Source: Blastocystis sp. Blastoise (Eukaryota > Protista > Bigyra: Opalinata). From it: DNA of 64,000 nucleotides. How positions within the stretch are numbered: the stretch's first letter is position 1; each line of letters starts with the position of its first letter. The translations under genes were made by a program, and so were the position numbers. Shown here piece by piece: positions 27,475-37,623 of this stretch. The notes under the pieces are model-generated. The model did not search any database. It had not been told where the DNA came from and saw nothing but the letters and a program-made list of their open reading frames with translations. The stretch spans positions 124,001-188,000 of the forward strand of contig JBBPEB010000002.1 of assembly GCA_039096225.1 (NCBI GenBank). Direction: 5' to 3'.

Positions 27475-30149
27475 ATATATATATGAGAATAGGCAAAAAA
27501 ATTCCCATTGGTCAGTTTTTGGAAAATGCATTTGATTGGCTACTATATACTATAGTTTGTCGCCGCAACTCCTCTAAACTTACGGGGAGTTAACTTTTGA
27601 GTGAAACACAGTTCAATAGGATATAACATGTAGTTGTGCACCATATATTTGGTTAAGCGATATAATTAATAATTAAAAAGATATTAATAAAAGAACAGAA
27701 AACATGATTTTTGAGTCGTTTTTGATTGGCTCTTTGGGGTGACCCCGATAAAAATTGTTGACCAGACAATTGGAAAATAAACATGGGGTAAACTTGATTT
27801 TTTCTCAATCCCACAATATACGTTATCCGTGTTTATTCTTTATATTTATCTATTTTTTAATACTTTTTCATATTGAACACGTGAGGCCTTAACGGTCAAA
27901 TTTAGATTCTTATTTTGACATGATATTCTGATTCAGGAGGTCGAAAAACCTAGGTGTACCAATTTTGAGTTCCTGAGGACGATTTTTGAGTGATCGATAT
28001 TTTCTTCGATCTTCTTATAATGGACTAATATTGTATAATGGTAATCAATAGGTCCTCAAACTACTATAGTTAAAACAAGGTCTTAAAATAATGAGTTTGA
28101 GTGTCACAATTTTGAAAAATGTGAATTAAGTGGTCTTAGAGGATAAGATTCAATATAATGACTTTTGTTTAGTAAACTAGAGATAATACTCTATTCTATG
28201 TTAAAAGGAGAGTCAAAATTATGATGGTCAAAGTGTATCACCAAATGACAAAATGTGTCTTAAAAAGTAAAAGTGTTTGCATATGTGTATAGAATCATGT
28301 ATTAAGTATATTCTATGAATAAGAACTTTAAATAAATAGTTTAAGGTTGCCAAATTTAAATAAATGTGTAAAACATAGTCTTAAACTATGAATAAAAAAT
28401 TTATAGATTTTAATTAGTGTACAGCTGTAGTAGCTCTACAACATATCAAAAGTGCAAAGAAAATAATTTTTAGAGAGTGGATGTGTGAGGTGTTGTGAGA
28501 GTTATTAAAAATTTATTTTTACTTCAGTTTATTTAAAATCGTGAATTTCGTGCACTGTAGAAAAATTGAGTCAAAAAATCAACTCTAAGGGTCTTAAATT
28601 TAAAAAAATGTAAAAATGAGTGACTTAGAGGACGAGATTCAAAATAAGAGTGTTTATTCATTAAACTAGAGTGTATGAGCTATATTATGTTAAAAGAAGG
28701 GACGAAAATGTTTTGATCAAAGTGTATGACCAAATGGTAAAGTGTCCTTAAAAAGTCTAAAGTGTTGACTAATGTGCTTATAGAGTCATATAAAGTCTAC
28801 TATGTAAATATTAGCTTTTAAAAATATGTTTAAGCCTTTCAATTAGTAAAAATATGTTCAAAGAGAGTCATAAAATGAGAGTTTTAAGAAACGAGATATT
28901 GTTCAGTATACACTAAGAGACACTCTACAACATATCAAAAATATAGCAAAAACTATTTTTAGAGACTGGATGTGTGAAGGGTTGTGAGAGTTATTGAAAA
29001 AATATTTTTACTTCAGTTTATCCAAAATCGTGTTTTTGGAACACTGTAGAAAAATTAACTTCAAAAATCAACTCTAAGGGTCTTAATTTTAAAAAATGTG
29101 AAAATGATTGACTTAGAGGACGAGATTCAAAATTCCCCATCGCTTTCATATAATTAGACAACACACTCTATATTATGTCAAAAGGAGGGATGAAAATATT
29201 TTGGTCGAAGTAAATGAGCAAATGCAAAAGGTTTACAAAATGTTTTAAAGTGATCACCAATGTGTAGCTATGGTCATATTAAGTAAAGTGTGTAAATATT
29301 AGCATTTAAAAATGAGTTTAAGTGTGTCAACTTTTCATAATGTGTCAAAAAGGGTCTTTAAGAAAGAGATTCAAAACATTTACTTTTATTTAATAAATAG
29401 TATGATAAACTCTATATTATATCAAAAGACTGACGGAAACTGTTTTGATACAGTGGATCTTGAATGGGTAAAGTCTATTTAAAAGTTACTATTTTGAGTT
29501 ATTTATGTTAAAATCATTATTTGAGACGAATATAAAAATATTAACTTTTTAAATAATGTTTTAGTTGTCAAAGTTAGAATGAATGCTGACTTTGTTATGA
29601 TTAAAGCTTTCTAATTCTTTTAAAAAGTATTAAAATGAGTTAAAATTATTATATTATGCTTATTTAAATGAATTTTATGAATTAAAAATACTTTACACTA
29701 CTTCACATTGGTACTCATTTCTAAAGTTATTGACTTTAAAAACTCAAAGAATGTTTTAAACAGTTGTTTAATTATTACTAAATACAAAATATATTTTAAA
29801 AATAAATTGTTGTGAAAAAATTGACTTAGAAAGTGATTTTAATTAAACAATAATTTTTTCTCTTTTTTAATTTCTTATTTAAAAAGTCTAAAATAATCTT
29901 ATATCAGGAATTGAACCTGATTACAATCATAAAATAATTGTAACTCTCCATATAGAGTATAAGAAATTAATATTTAATAAATAATAAATAATATATATAA
30001 TATATAATATATAATATATAATAAATGACTCATATTAAAAACTATATATATATAATATATAAGATAAAAGATAATAAATATTTTTTATATACTCTTTATG
30101 CAGCCGCGGTCCGGGGCCGTTAGGCACTGGACCTGCGGCGTGACCCTAG
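27475..30149 (+). mobile_element. Helitron family D, copy 2 (5' TC lost)
   Basis: Near-identical to D1; ends in hairpin-CTAG at 30149. Confidence 0.88.
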
Positions 30150-30549
30150 TTAGAATATATATAAATAATCATTATAATCAACATAAATAAAAAGAGATAA
30201 ATAATCCATATTTTATAAACATTTTTATAAATATACTTAAATAATTATAAATATAAACAAAAGAATCAGTCAAATTTCATTTTTTCATTATTTTTTGCAT
30301 ATTTTTGTATATGCAAAATCCAAAACTGGAAGACGAAATCCAAAAATTTGACAATCCCTACAACAACGTCAAATACAGAATAATTAATATAAACAAAGAA
30401 TTGTGTATTTTTTTCCACTTAATTATTTTCTCAATAATTTACAACAATAAAAACATAAGCATTTTGCCAAGTTTATCGCGGTATTAATAGTACTGAAAAA
30501 TAGACTGTCCTGAGTCAAGTTTTACAATTTAAGGCGTCCTGAGTCAATT

Positions 30550-31036
30550 ATCTCAAATGGAAAACTCTGGTCTGACTGTCCATGATACAAATAGGCTCGG
30601 CTCAATTTTTCAGTGTAAAAAGAAATAAATTTTTGATTTTTTGACTGAATTTTGGTTCTAAGTCATAGAGACAAGCTTATTCACTTTTAATTACATTTAT
30701 GACTATAAGAGGGTCTAAACTTCAAACACTACTATAAAATTTAAAAAATTTGGACACCATGAATTCACAAAATTAACACTTTAAAATAAAGAAAAACGTT
30801 TTGGGTATTATGTGACCCTCTGTAAATAAACAATAATGTCAATTCTTTATTAAAATTTGTCTAATAGGGTTTTAAAGTCTAAATCAAAAGTCGACTGAAA
30901 AAAGTGTCAAAATTTTGTCAAAATCCACGATTTTTGCCTAAGTCTATGAAACTACTCAATTTTTAGTGGCTGAACAAATTTTGAACTGAAATAAGCCAAT
31001 CATATGATTTAAAATGATGAAACCAGAATAACAGTG
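30550..31036. mobile_element. Right end of a CACTG (CACTA-type) element abutting the viral insertion
   Basis: Homologous to 53450-53890 and ends ...CAGTG at a similar distance. Confidence 0.6.
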
Positions 31037-31054
31037 ATATATTATTACATCACA

Positions 31055-31674
31055 ATTTGCTCTCAGCTCTCACTCACAAAGATATTCACGGGGCGGCTAA
31101 ATATAAAGAACGGTATATACGGGTAAAAGCCGCGAATGTAAAAAAACTTTCCCGTGAATACACATGAACATGTGCATTGAGTTGAATTTCTCAAGTAGTA
31201 ATATATTAGAAAGGTGGTTCGAAAGAATAGAAAACAAAGACAATATAGATATAAAAAATCAAGATCAACTAATTGTAAGATTTACTTCTGACTTTCGAGT
31301 CAAATACTCTTATGATGATCTTTGTTTCGTGTTTCGCTGAGAGCAAATTGTGATGTAATAATGCGTCATCGCTCAATTTGATTGGAGGAATCTTGAGTTT
31401 CTCCGATCGGATTGGATAAGTTGTGTTTGGTTGTAAGTGTAATTCTTAATATTTATAATTAGGGTCCCAAACCTTTAAATTGAAATAACTTTTTATCCAG
31501 AAGGAATTAGACCCTAAAAATAGCAAAAAAAGAGTTTTGGGAATGGGTACAATTTAATTTTTATTGACTGGTGATTAGGTCCTGACAAGATATAAGGGCA
31601 TATTCTGTATTTTTAATTATGCTGACGTGGTTTATATTTATTTTATTTTATAATTTATTTTATAATTTATTTTA
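31055..31674. repeat. Viral common/control region, copy 1
   Basis: Matches 36100-36720; the only difference I noticed is one T in a homopolymer. Confidence 0.92.
31344..31380 (-). promoter_or_regulatory. Putative rolling-circle origin hairpin with nonanucleotide CATTATTAC
   Basis: Minus strand caaattg-agc-gatg-acgcattatta-catc-a-caatttg; fits NANTATTAC. Confidence 0.7.
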
Positions 31675-31697
31675 TAATTTTTAGTAAAAAAAAAAAA

Positions 31698-33423
31698 ATG
31701 CAAAATAATAATACTAACCCTGTATATTAATAAATATATTTAAGTTATTGTTATATAGAACCGTCAGTCTCAATATTGGACTCTTACTTTATTTGGTGAA
31801 GACCTTTTACATTTTAATGAAGTAATCCAACCCAGTTGGAATAGTAATGGTCTTCCATTTGAAATAGTATATAAATATATTATATATATATATATATAGA
31901 ACTATGTTGCTTTATCAAGAGAAGTATCTCCGACTACAAACAACACTCATGTACATTTATATATGGAAATGAAAAAAAGGTTAAGAAGAAATCAGATAAT
32001 AAGATTACTATCCTTAGAGCATACTGATGTAAGACCAAGGGAGTGGTCACGAGAGGCAACTTTAATTTATTTAAGTGAAGTATATATTTATATATATTAA
32101 TTTAATTATTTAATTATAAATATTAGATAAATGAAATAGATGAATATTACAATACAAGCAATACACTTGGATATGGAGCAAACTTTCAAAATGGAATGCA
32201 TCGCGATTTAATAAATGCTTCTACTTATAATGGTGTTCTTTATAATATGAATAATAATAATAGCTTTGCTAGAATAGACCCAATATCTACAGCTCCTATG
32301 AATTTTACTCATAATAAAGTCAAATATTCTAAAAACAAAAAACGTATATACATTATAATTTATATTATATATATAGATCCAAAAAAAATATCTGAAGAAG
32401 TTGCTTCAATGATAAAAAATGGTTGTACTTATGAAGATATATGGGAAGAATATGCTTCCTTTGCCCTATTACATTCAAATAACATAAAAAAAGCAATCTA
32501 TGACTTTAATACCAAAAAAAGAAATACTGCACCTATAGTTTTATATTTATATGGGAAAACTGGAGTAGGTAAAACTTATACAGCTAAAAAAATATGTGAA
32601 CTAGGCGAAAATGAAGATGGTAAAGGATCTTACTACATGAAGAATGGAGATATTAAATGGTATATATTATATTATATTCTATATTTATAGGTGGGATGGA
32701 TACAAAGGTCAGTTTGGCATCATTATTGATGATTTTAGAAAAATCTATAATGATAAAGACCTTCTTCGTATTTTAGATTATTATGATGTAGGAGTGGAAA
32801 CAAAAGGTTCAACAGTAAAAATCACCTCACCTCTAATTATATTTACGTCTGATAGAAGCTTAAAAGAAAATTTCAAAGAACTTTCAAATGATGAATTAGA
32901 ACAACTACTCAGAAGATTCTACAATGAATATGAATTACTTGAAGATAATACTATTGATTTCAAATATAGCAAAGCTAAAGATGATTACATCAAAGGTATC
33001 AGACGTAATCTACTATATAAAGATGATGAAACCAAATATATACAAGCCGCTGATATTATGATGAAAATTAATAATCAATACAAACCAACAGTCAATATAC
33101 CCATACAAATAGAACTAGATAATGAACTTACCCTTAGCTCACCTCCAACAACTCCTCGTATATCTCTTCCTACTATTGAAATAACTACTCCTAAAAAAAC
33201 AAATTTCTGTCACAAAAGACCTAATACTCCTATACCTATTCTAGATTTATCATCTTCAGATAACGAATATAGTAATGAACTCATTGATCTCACTTTCACT
33301 GATAATGAAGAAGACGATGAAGAATATTCTGATCATAATAAACCTATAAGTCTTTCATGGGATAGTAGCGAAGATGATTATTGTATACTCCCAGACTCTC
33401 AAAACATTAAACAAGAATTCTAA
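31698..33423 (+). CDS. rep: CRESS Rep1 (HUH endonuclease plus SF3 helicase), 6 exons: 31698-31721, 31759-31866, 31900-32079, 32127-32343, 32377-32659, 32691-33423; 514 aa
   Basis: Motif I YWTLTL, motif II THVHLY, motif III IYLSE, Walker A GKTGVGKT, KWWDGY restored by splicing, Walker B IIIDDF, motif C IFTSD, Arg finger LLRRF. Confidence 0.93.
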
Positions 33424-33545
33424 ATTCTATATATTTATTATCTATTGAGTTTTTCTGATTTCATATCTTTTCTCAGTTATATCTTTGTTTTAAAAACTTA
33501 TTTGTTTTGTTATATAATTCATATGCAACTCAACACATTGTGCAA

Positions 33546-33608
33546 TTGTGAAATTGTGTATCTGTGAAAATGTGAAATTGTGATTTTGTGAAATTGTGAA
33601 ATTGTGAA
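33546..33608. repeat. Tandem 8-bp TTGTGAAA-like repeats between the convergent rep and cap 3' ends
   Basis: About 8 imperfect copies. Confidence 0.75.
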
Positions 33609-33708
33609 ATAATATTTGTGTTGAAGTGCAGTGAGTGTGAGTAGTAATAATAAAAATTGAACAAAACAAAATTAATTTAAGACAAATAAAAATATATATA
33701 CACATAAA

Positions 33709-34947
33709 TTAAAATTTAGTTAAAGTATTTATTCCTTGAACCCATGGAGAAACACCAGGTATAGCACTAGCAGCTGTAGCTATATTTTGAACAGTTTCAC
33801 TATTCCAAGACCTTTTAAATTTATTCCAGAAATCAACTACACCATTCCACATAGTTTGAAAATCATTATAAGAAGAAGGATAACAAAAATCTAATGATTG
33901 AGTTAAAATAGCACAAGCATAAAGAGCTTGTTCATCTAATAAAGGAGGATTCTTTAATAATGGGAAATACTCACTATTATAAGAAGGAACTAACTCATAA
34001 CCATTACATATTTTTAAAGTAAATGGATTGTTAAAATTTGAACCTTCAACTCTAATAATACCAAAATTAAATCCAGTATGTAAGAAAGAAGGAACATATT
34101 CAGTTACTTCTATAGGTAGCATAACCTTAGTAAATATTCTTTTAGACATCCAAGTATCATAATCAAATATATTCATTTGAGCACTAGCACTTCCTAATAA
34201 TCCATTAATAAAATATTCATAACTATCTCCTGTATCAAGTTGTTTCTTTTGAAATATAGGTGGCCTATAATAATTCTTATAACCATAAGATAAATGTTGA
34301 GGCATATAACAACCATCAGGGACATTAAATACTTTATATTTTGGAGAATAAGAAGTAATAGCATTAGAATCTAAAGGAATATAAGGATTCATATAACTAT
34401 TAAAAGCTTGATAAGATAAATCTTGAGATTCTACACTACCACTAGTAGTATACATAGTATCTACACAATACGGTACTTGAATACCATATATAAGACCTTG
34501 CATATTATTAGTATTACCAGCCCATTTTAATGTACAACCACGAAATAATCCACGACCTAAATTAAAATCTTCTTGATTTTGCTGCCAATTAGGATCTTTA
34601 ACACCCATAATACATGTTTGAGATGATGATGTTTTATCCACAGTATTATACCAAGTAAATGTACCATAAATCAAAATAGGATAAGTAGACCATGGTGTTG
34701 CAATTATAGTAAAATTATTATATAAATCTGGGACAACAGCTCTAGGATCTACAAATGTATCTTGATCTATAGATATATTAAACTTATTATTTAAAGTATA
34801 AATCATGTGGGTTTGGCCATCAGGTACACCGTCAACAGGTATAGAAGTATCATCACAAGGATTAACGTAACGCTTAAGATAAAGGGCTCCCGCAGAGGAA
34901 CTAGCCATTGACAACTTGTCATTTATTATAGTACCTAAACTAGACAT
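33709..34947 (-). CDS. cap: Capsid protein resembling nodavirus/tetravirus self-cleaving capsid precursors, 412 aa
   Basis: N-terminal YLKRYVNPCDDTSIPVDGVPD and C-terminal YPSSYN-DFQTMW...AASAIPG resemble, from recall, the LKCAFAPPD...GIPD and gamma-peptide regions of nodaviruses. Confidence 0.75.
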   Translation of the reverse strand: MSSLGTIINDKLSMASSSAGALYLKRYVNPCDDTSIPVDGVPDGQTHMIYTLNNKFNISIDQDTFVDPRAVVPDLYNNFTIIATPWSTYPILIYGTFTWYNTVDKTSSSQTCIMGVKDPNWQQNQEDFNLGRGLFRGCTLKWAGNTNNMQGLIYGIQVPYCVDTMYTTSGSVESQDLSYQAFNSYMNPYIPLDSNAITSYSPKYKVFNVPDGCYMPQHLSYGYKNYYRPPIFQKKQLDTGDSYEYFINGLLGSASAQMNIFDYDTWMSKRIFTKVMLPIEVTEYVPSFLHTGFNFGIIRVEGSNFNNPFTLKICNGYELVPSYNSEYFPLLKNPPLLDEQALYACAILTQSLDFCYPSSYNDFQTMWNGVVDFWNKFKRSWNSETVQNIATAASAIPGVSPWVQGINTLTKF

Positions 34948-34989
34948 TTAAAATAATTTATGCAAAATAACAAAACATATTTATAAGAA

Positions 34990-35095
34990 AACGAATTTAT
35001 ATATACAGATAAACTGTCTCCTAATACGAATTTATATATTCAGATAAACCGTCTCTAAAAACAAATTTATATATTCAGATAAACTGACTCCATTA
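34990..35095. promoter_or_regulatory. Three 35-bp direct repeats in the divergent cap/ORF3 intergenic region
   Basis: a(c)gaatttatata-t(a/t)cagataaac(t/c)g(t/a)ctc repeated three times. Confidence 0.7.
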
Positions 35096-35145
35096 ATAAT
35101 TATTAATCAAATCATATCATATTTTATTTATTTTATTTACAATAA

Positions 35146-35892
35146 ATGCCTTATAGATACTCATCCAGATATAGAGGTACTCAACGTACCTATTATAGAA
35201 GAAGAAGATATAATAGAAATTCAAACGCTGTAACCACTTATAACAATGCAGTTAATTCTTTTAGAACAAATTGGGCAACTATCGCCGAAGATACTACCGT
35301 AGGTGGAATCGCAAATAAACACAAACTTAGGCACCAATTAATGCTTGTAGCCAAAAAATGTGGAAGAATGTACGTAGCTCAAGCTAGAACACTATTAACA
35401 TCAACAGATTATACTATACCAATTCAAATATTTATACCAAGCGCTACAGGTGACGACGAAAATGCAAAGAACATTAAAAAACTCTGCAACTCTACTATCA
35501 AACAAATTATAAACACAGTCTACACAATTAACAAAAACGGAATCAAAAAAGAATATATATATAGACTAAACGGTTTACTCTATACCTATCCATTCACTGC
35601 AGAACCACTCGCCTATGATTTCACACTACCCATCTACTATGCATCCGATGATTTTACAAAAGCAGAAACAATACTAGTTTTTATATACCAAATGGGAGGA
35701 ATCAACACATTTCCTATTATGTATAATATTTCAGAAGGAGGACAAATGACTTTCAGAACAGAACCACAATATAATACCGTTATCACTGCATTGTTCGACG
35801 AAGCTACAAGATACGTTGCCGCTGCACAAACAGCAGGAACATCACCTATGGTATACTATGCTCAAAATCTACCAGATAGATTACGACACTAA
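35146..35892 (+). CDS. Viral ORF3, 248 aa, Arg/Tyr-rich N-terminus (second capsid or nucleic-acid-binding protein)
   Basis: Intact intronless ORF starting MPYRYSSRYRGTQRTYYRRRRYNR, typical of CRESS capsid arms. Confidence 0.75.
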   Translation: MPYRYSSRYRGTQRTYYRRRRYNRNSNAVTTYNNAVNSFRTNWATIAEDTTVGGIANKHKLRHQLMLVAKKCGRMYVAQARTLLTSTDYTIPIQIFIPSATGDDENAKNIKKLCNSTIKQIINTVYTINKNGIKKEYIYRLNGLLYTYPFTAEPLAYDFTLPIYYASDDFTKAETILVFIYQMGGINTFPIMYNISEGGQMTFRTEPQYNTVITALFDEATRYVAAAQTAGTSPMVYYAQNLPDRLRH

Positions 35893-36099
35893 ACATACTA
35901 ACACTACAAACATTAATTCTTGTCTAATATAATAATATATAATTAAAAACACTGTTTTGTTAATTCTTTTTAAAAAAAAACATTAAAAAAAAAAAAAAAA
36001 ATCGAACACCAAACTCGACTGCGCGACCATACTCTTTGTGAACTTCTACAATAAAACAAGATAAGGATCCGAGAGTACTATACAACCACAAAACTGAGC

Positions 36100-36720
36100 A
36101 TTTGCTCTCAGCTCTCACTCACAAAGATATTCACGGGGCGGCTAAATATAAAGAACGGTATATACGGGTAAAAGCCGCGAATGTAAAAAAACTTTCCCGT
36201 GAATACACATGAACATGTGCATTGAGTTGAATTTCTCAAGTAGTAATATATTAGAAAGGTGGTTCGAAAGAATAGAAAACAAAGACAATATAGATATAAA
36301 AAATCAAGATCAACTAATTGTAAGATTTACTTCTGACTTTCGAGTCAAATACTCTTATGATGATCTTTGTTTCGTGTTTCGCTGAGAGCAAATTGTGATG
36401 TAATAATGCGTCATCGCTCAATTTGATTGGAGGAATCTTGAGTTTCTCCGATCGGATTGGATAAGTTGTGTTTGGTTGTAAGTGTAATTCTTAATATTTA
36501 TAATTAGGGTCCCAAACCTTTAAATTGAAATAACTTTTTATCCAGAAGGAATTAGACCCTAAAAATAGCAAAAAAAGAGTTTTGGGAATGGGTACAATTT
36601 AATTTTTATTGACTGGTGATTAGGTCCTGACAAGATATAAGGGCATATTCTGTATTTTTTAATTATGCTGACGTGGTTTATATTTATTTTATTTTATAAT
36701 TTATTTTATAATTTATTTTA
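36100..36720. repeat. Viral common/control region, copy 2 (origin hairpin at 36389-36425)
   Basis: Direct repeat of 31055-31674. Confidence 0.92.
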
Positions 36721-36744
36721 ATATTTATTTGATATTTTATAAAT

Positions 36745-37623
36745 ATGAGTGATAATAATAATGTTGTATTTATATAATTATTATATATATATGTATATAG
36801 TCACCACAAAGTCAATATTGGTTTTGTACACTATTCGGTGATGACCGAGATTTCTTTTTTCAAGAGACTCTACCTAATTGGGAGGAAAATGGTTTACCAC
36901 AGGAAATTATGTATGTGGCGTATGTAACTGAACCTAATAACGAAACACATAATACGCATACACATTTATACATTGAATTAACAACAAGAAGAAGAAGAAA
37001 TAAGGTCCGAAGAATGCTTCAGTTGGAACATACAGATGTTAGACCTCGTGATGGAACTCGTGAAAACGTACTATATTATTTATCAGAGGTATATACATAT
37101 ATATATGTATATATATATATATATAGATAAATAATTTACATGAAATATATCGTAACCAAAATACTAGAGGCTATGGAGCTATAACAAGTGGTACTCATCG
37201 TGATTTATTTGCAAGTCAAACTTTCAATGGAAGACTGTATAACTTAGAATCAAGAAACATAAGTAGTGAACCTTCTCCGTTATCACCTGGTCCTATTAGA
37301 TTTATTAAAACAGATGTTAAATATTATAAAAATAAAAAACATCCGAAAAAAAATTCCGAAGAAGTAGCTACAGCAATAAGGAATGGTAATACTTACGATG
37401 CTATATGGCACGAATTTCCGGGATTTACACTCTTACATTCACAAGCAATTAAGAGATTAATCTATGATTTTAATGAAAAGAAAAGAGTAGAATCTCCAGT
37501 AGTTATATATATATGGGGCGAAACTGGTTTGGGAAAAACCTATACAGCAAAAAAACTTTGCGAATTAGGTCCAAACAAATTAGGTGATGGTTCATATTAT
37601 TTAAAGAATAGCGATATAAAATG
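36745..37623 (+). pseudogene. rep: CRESS Rep2, divergent paralogue; exons 36745-36765, 36801-37088, 37127-37623; truncated in the next intron by Helitron C
   Basis: YWFCTL, THTHLY, YYLSE, GETGLGKT; frame open until the donor at 37624. Confidence 0.9.

Noticed and set aside
31034-31053. Hairpin GTGAT-atattattac-ATCAC as the main viral origin
   Set aside because: The left arm overlaps the CAGTG terminus of the adjacent CACTG element and is absent from copy 2, so the stem is probably fortuitous
31056-31347. Hammerhead or hairpin ribozyme in the structured region
   Set aside because: No CUGANGA core and no correctly ordered hairpin-ribozyme loops found on either strand
31698-33423. Rep as a Helitron RepHel mobilising the local Helitrons
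   Set aside because: It has an SF3 helicase and CRESS motifs, not a PIF1/SF1 helicase, and Helitron ends do not resemble the nonanucleotide
31055-36720. LTR retrotransposon (long direct repeats)
   Set aside because: No gag, RT or integrase, no TG...CA ends or PBS; the content is Rep and capsid
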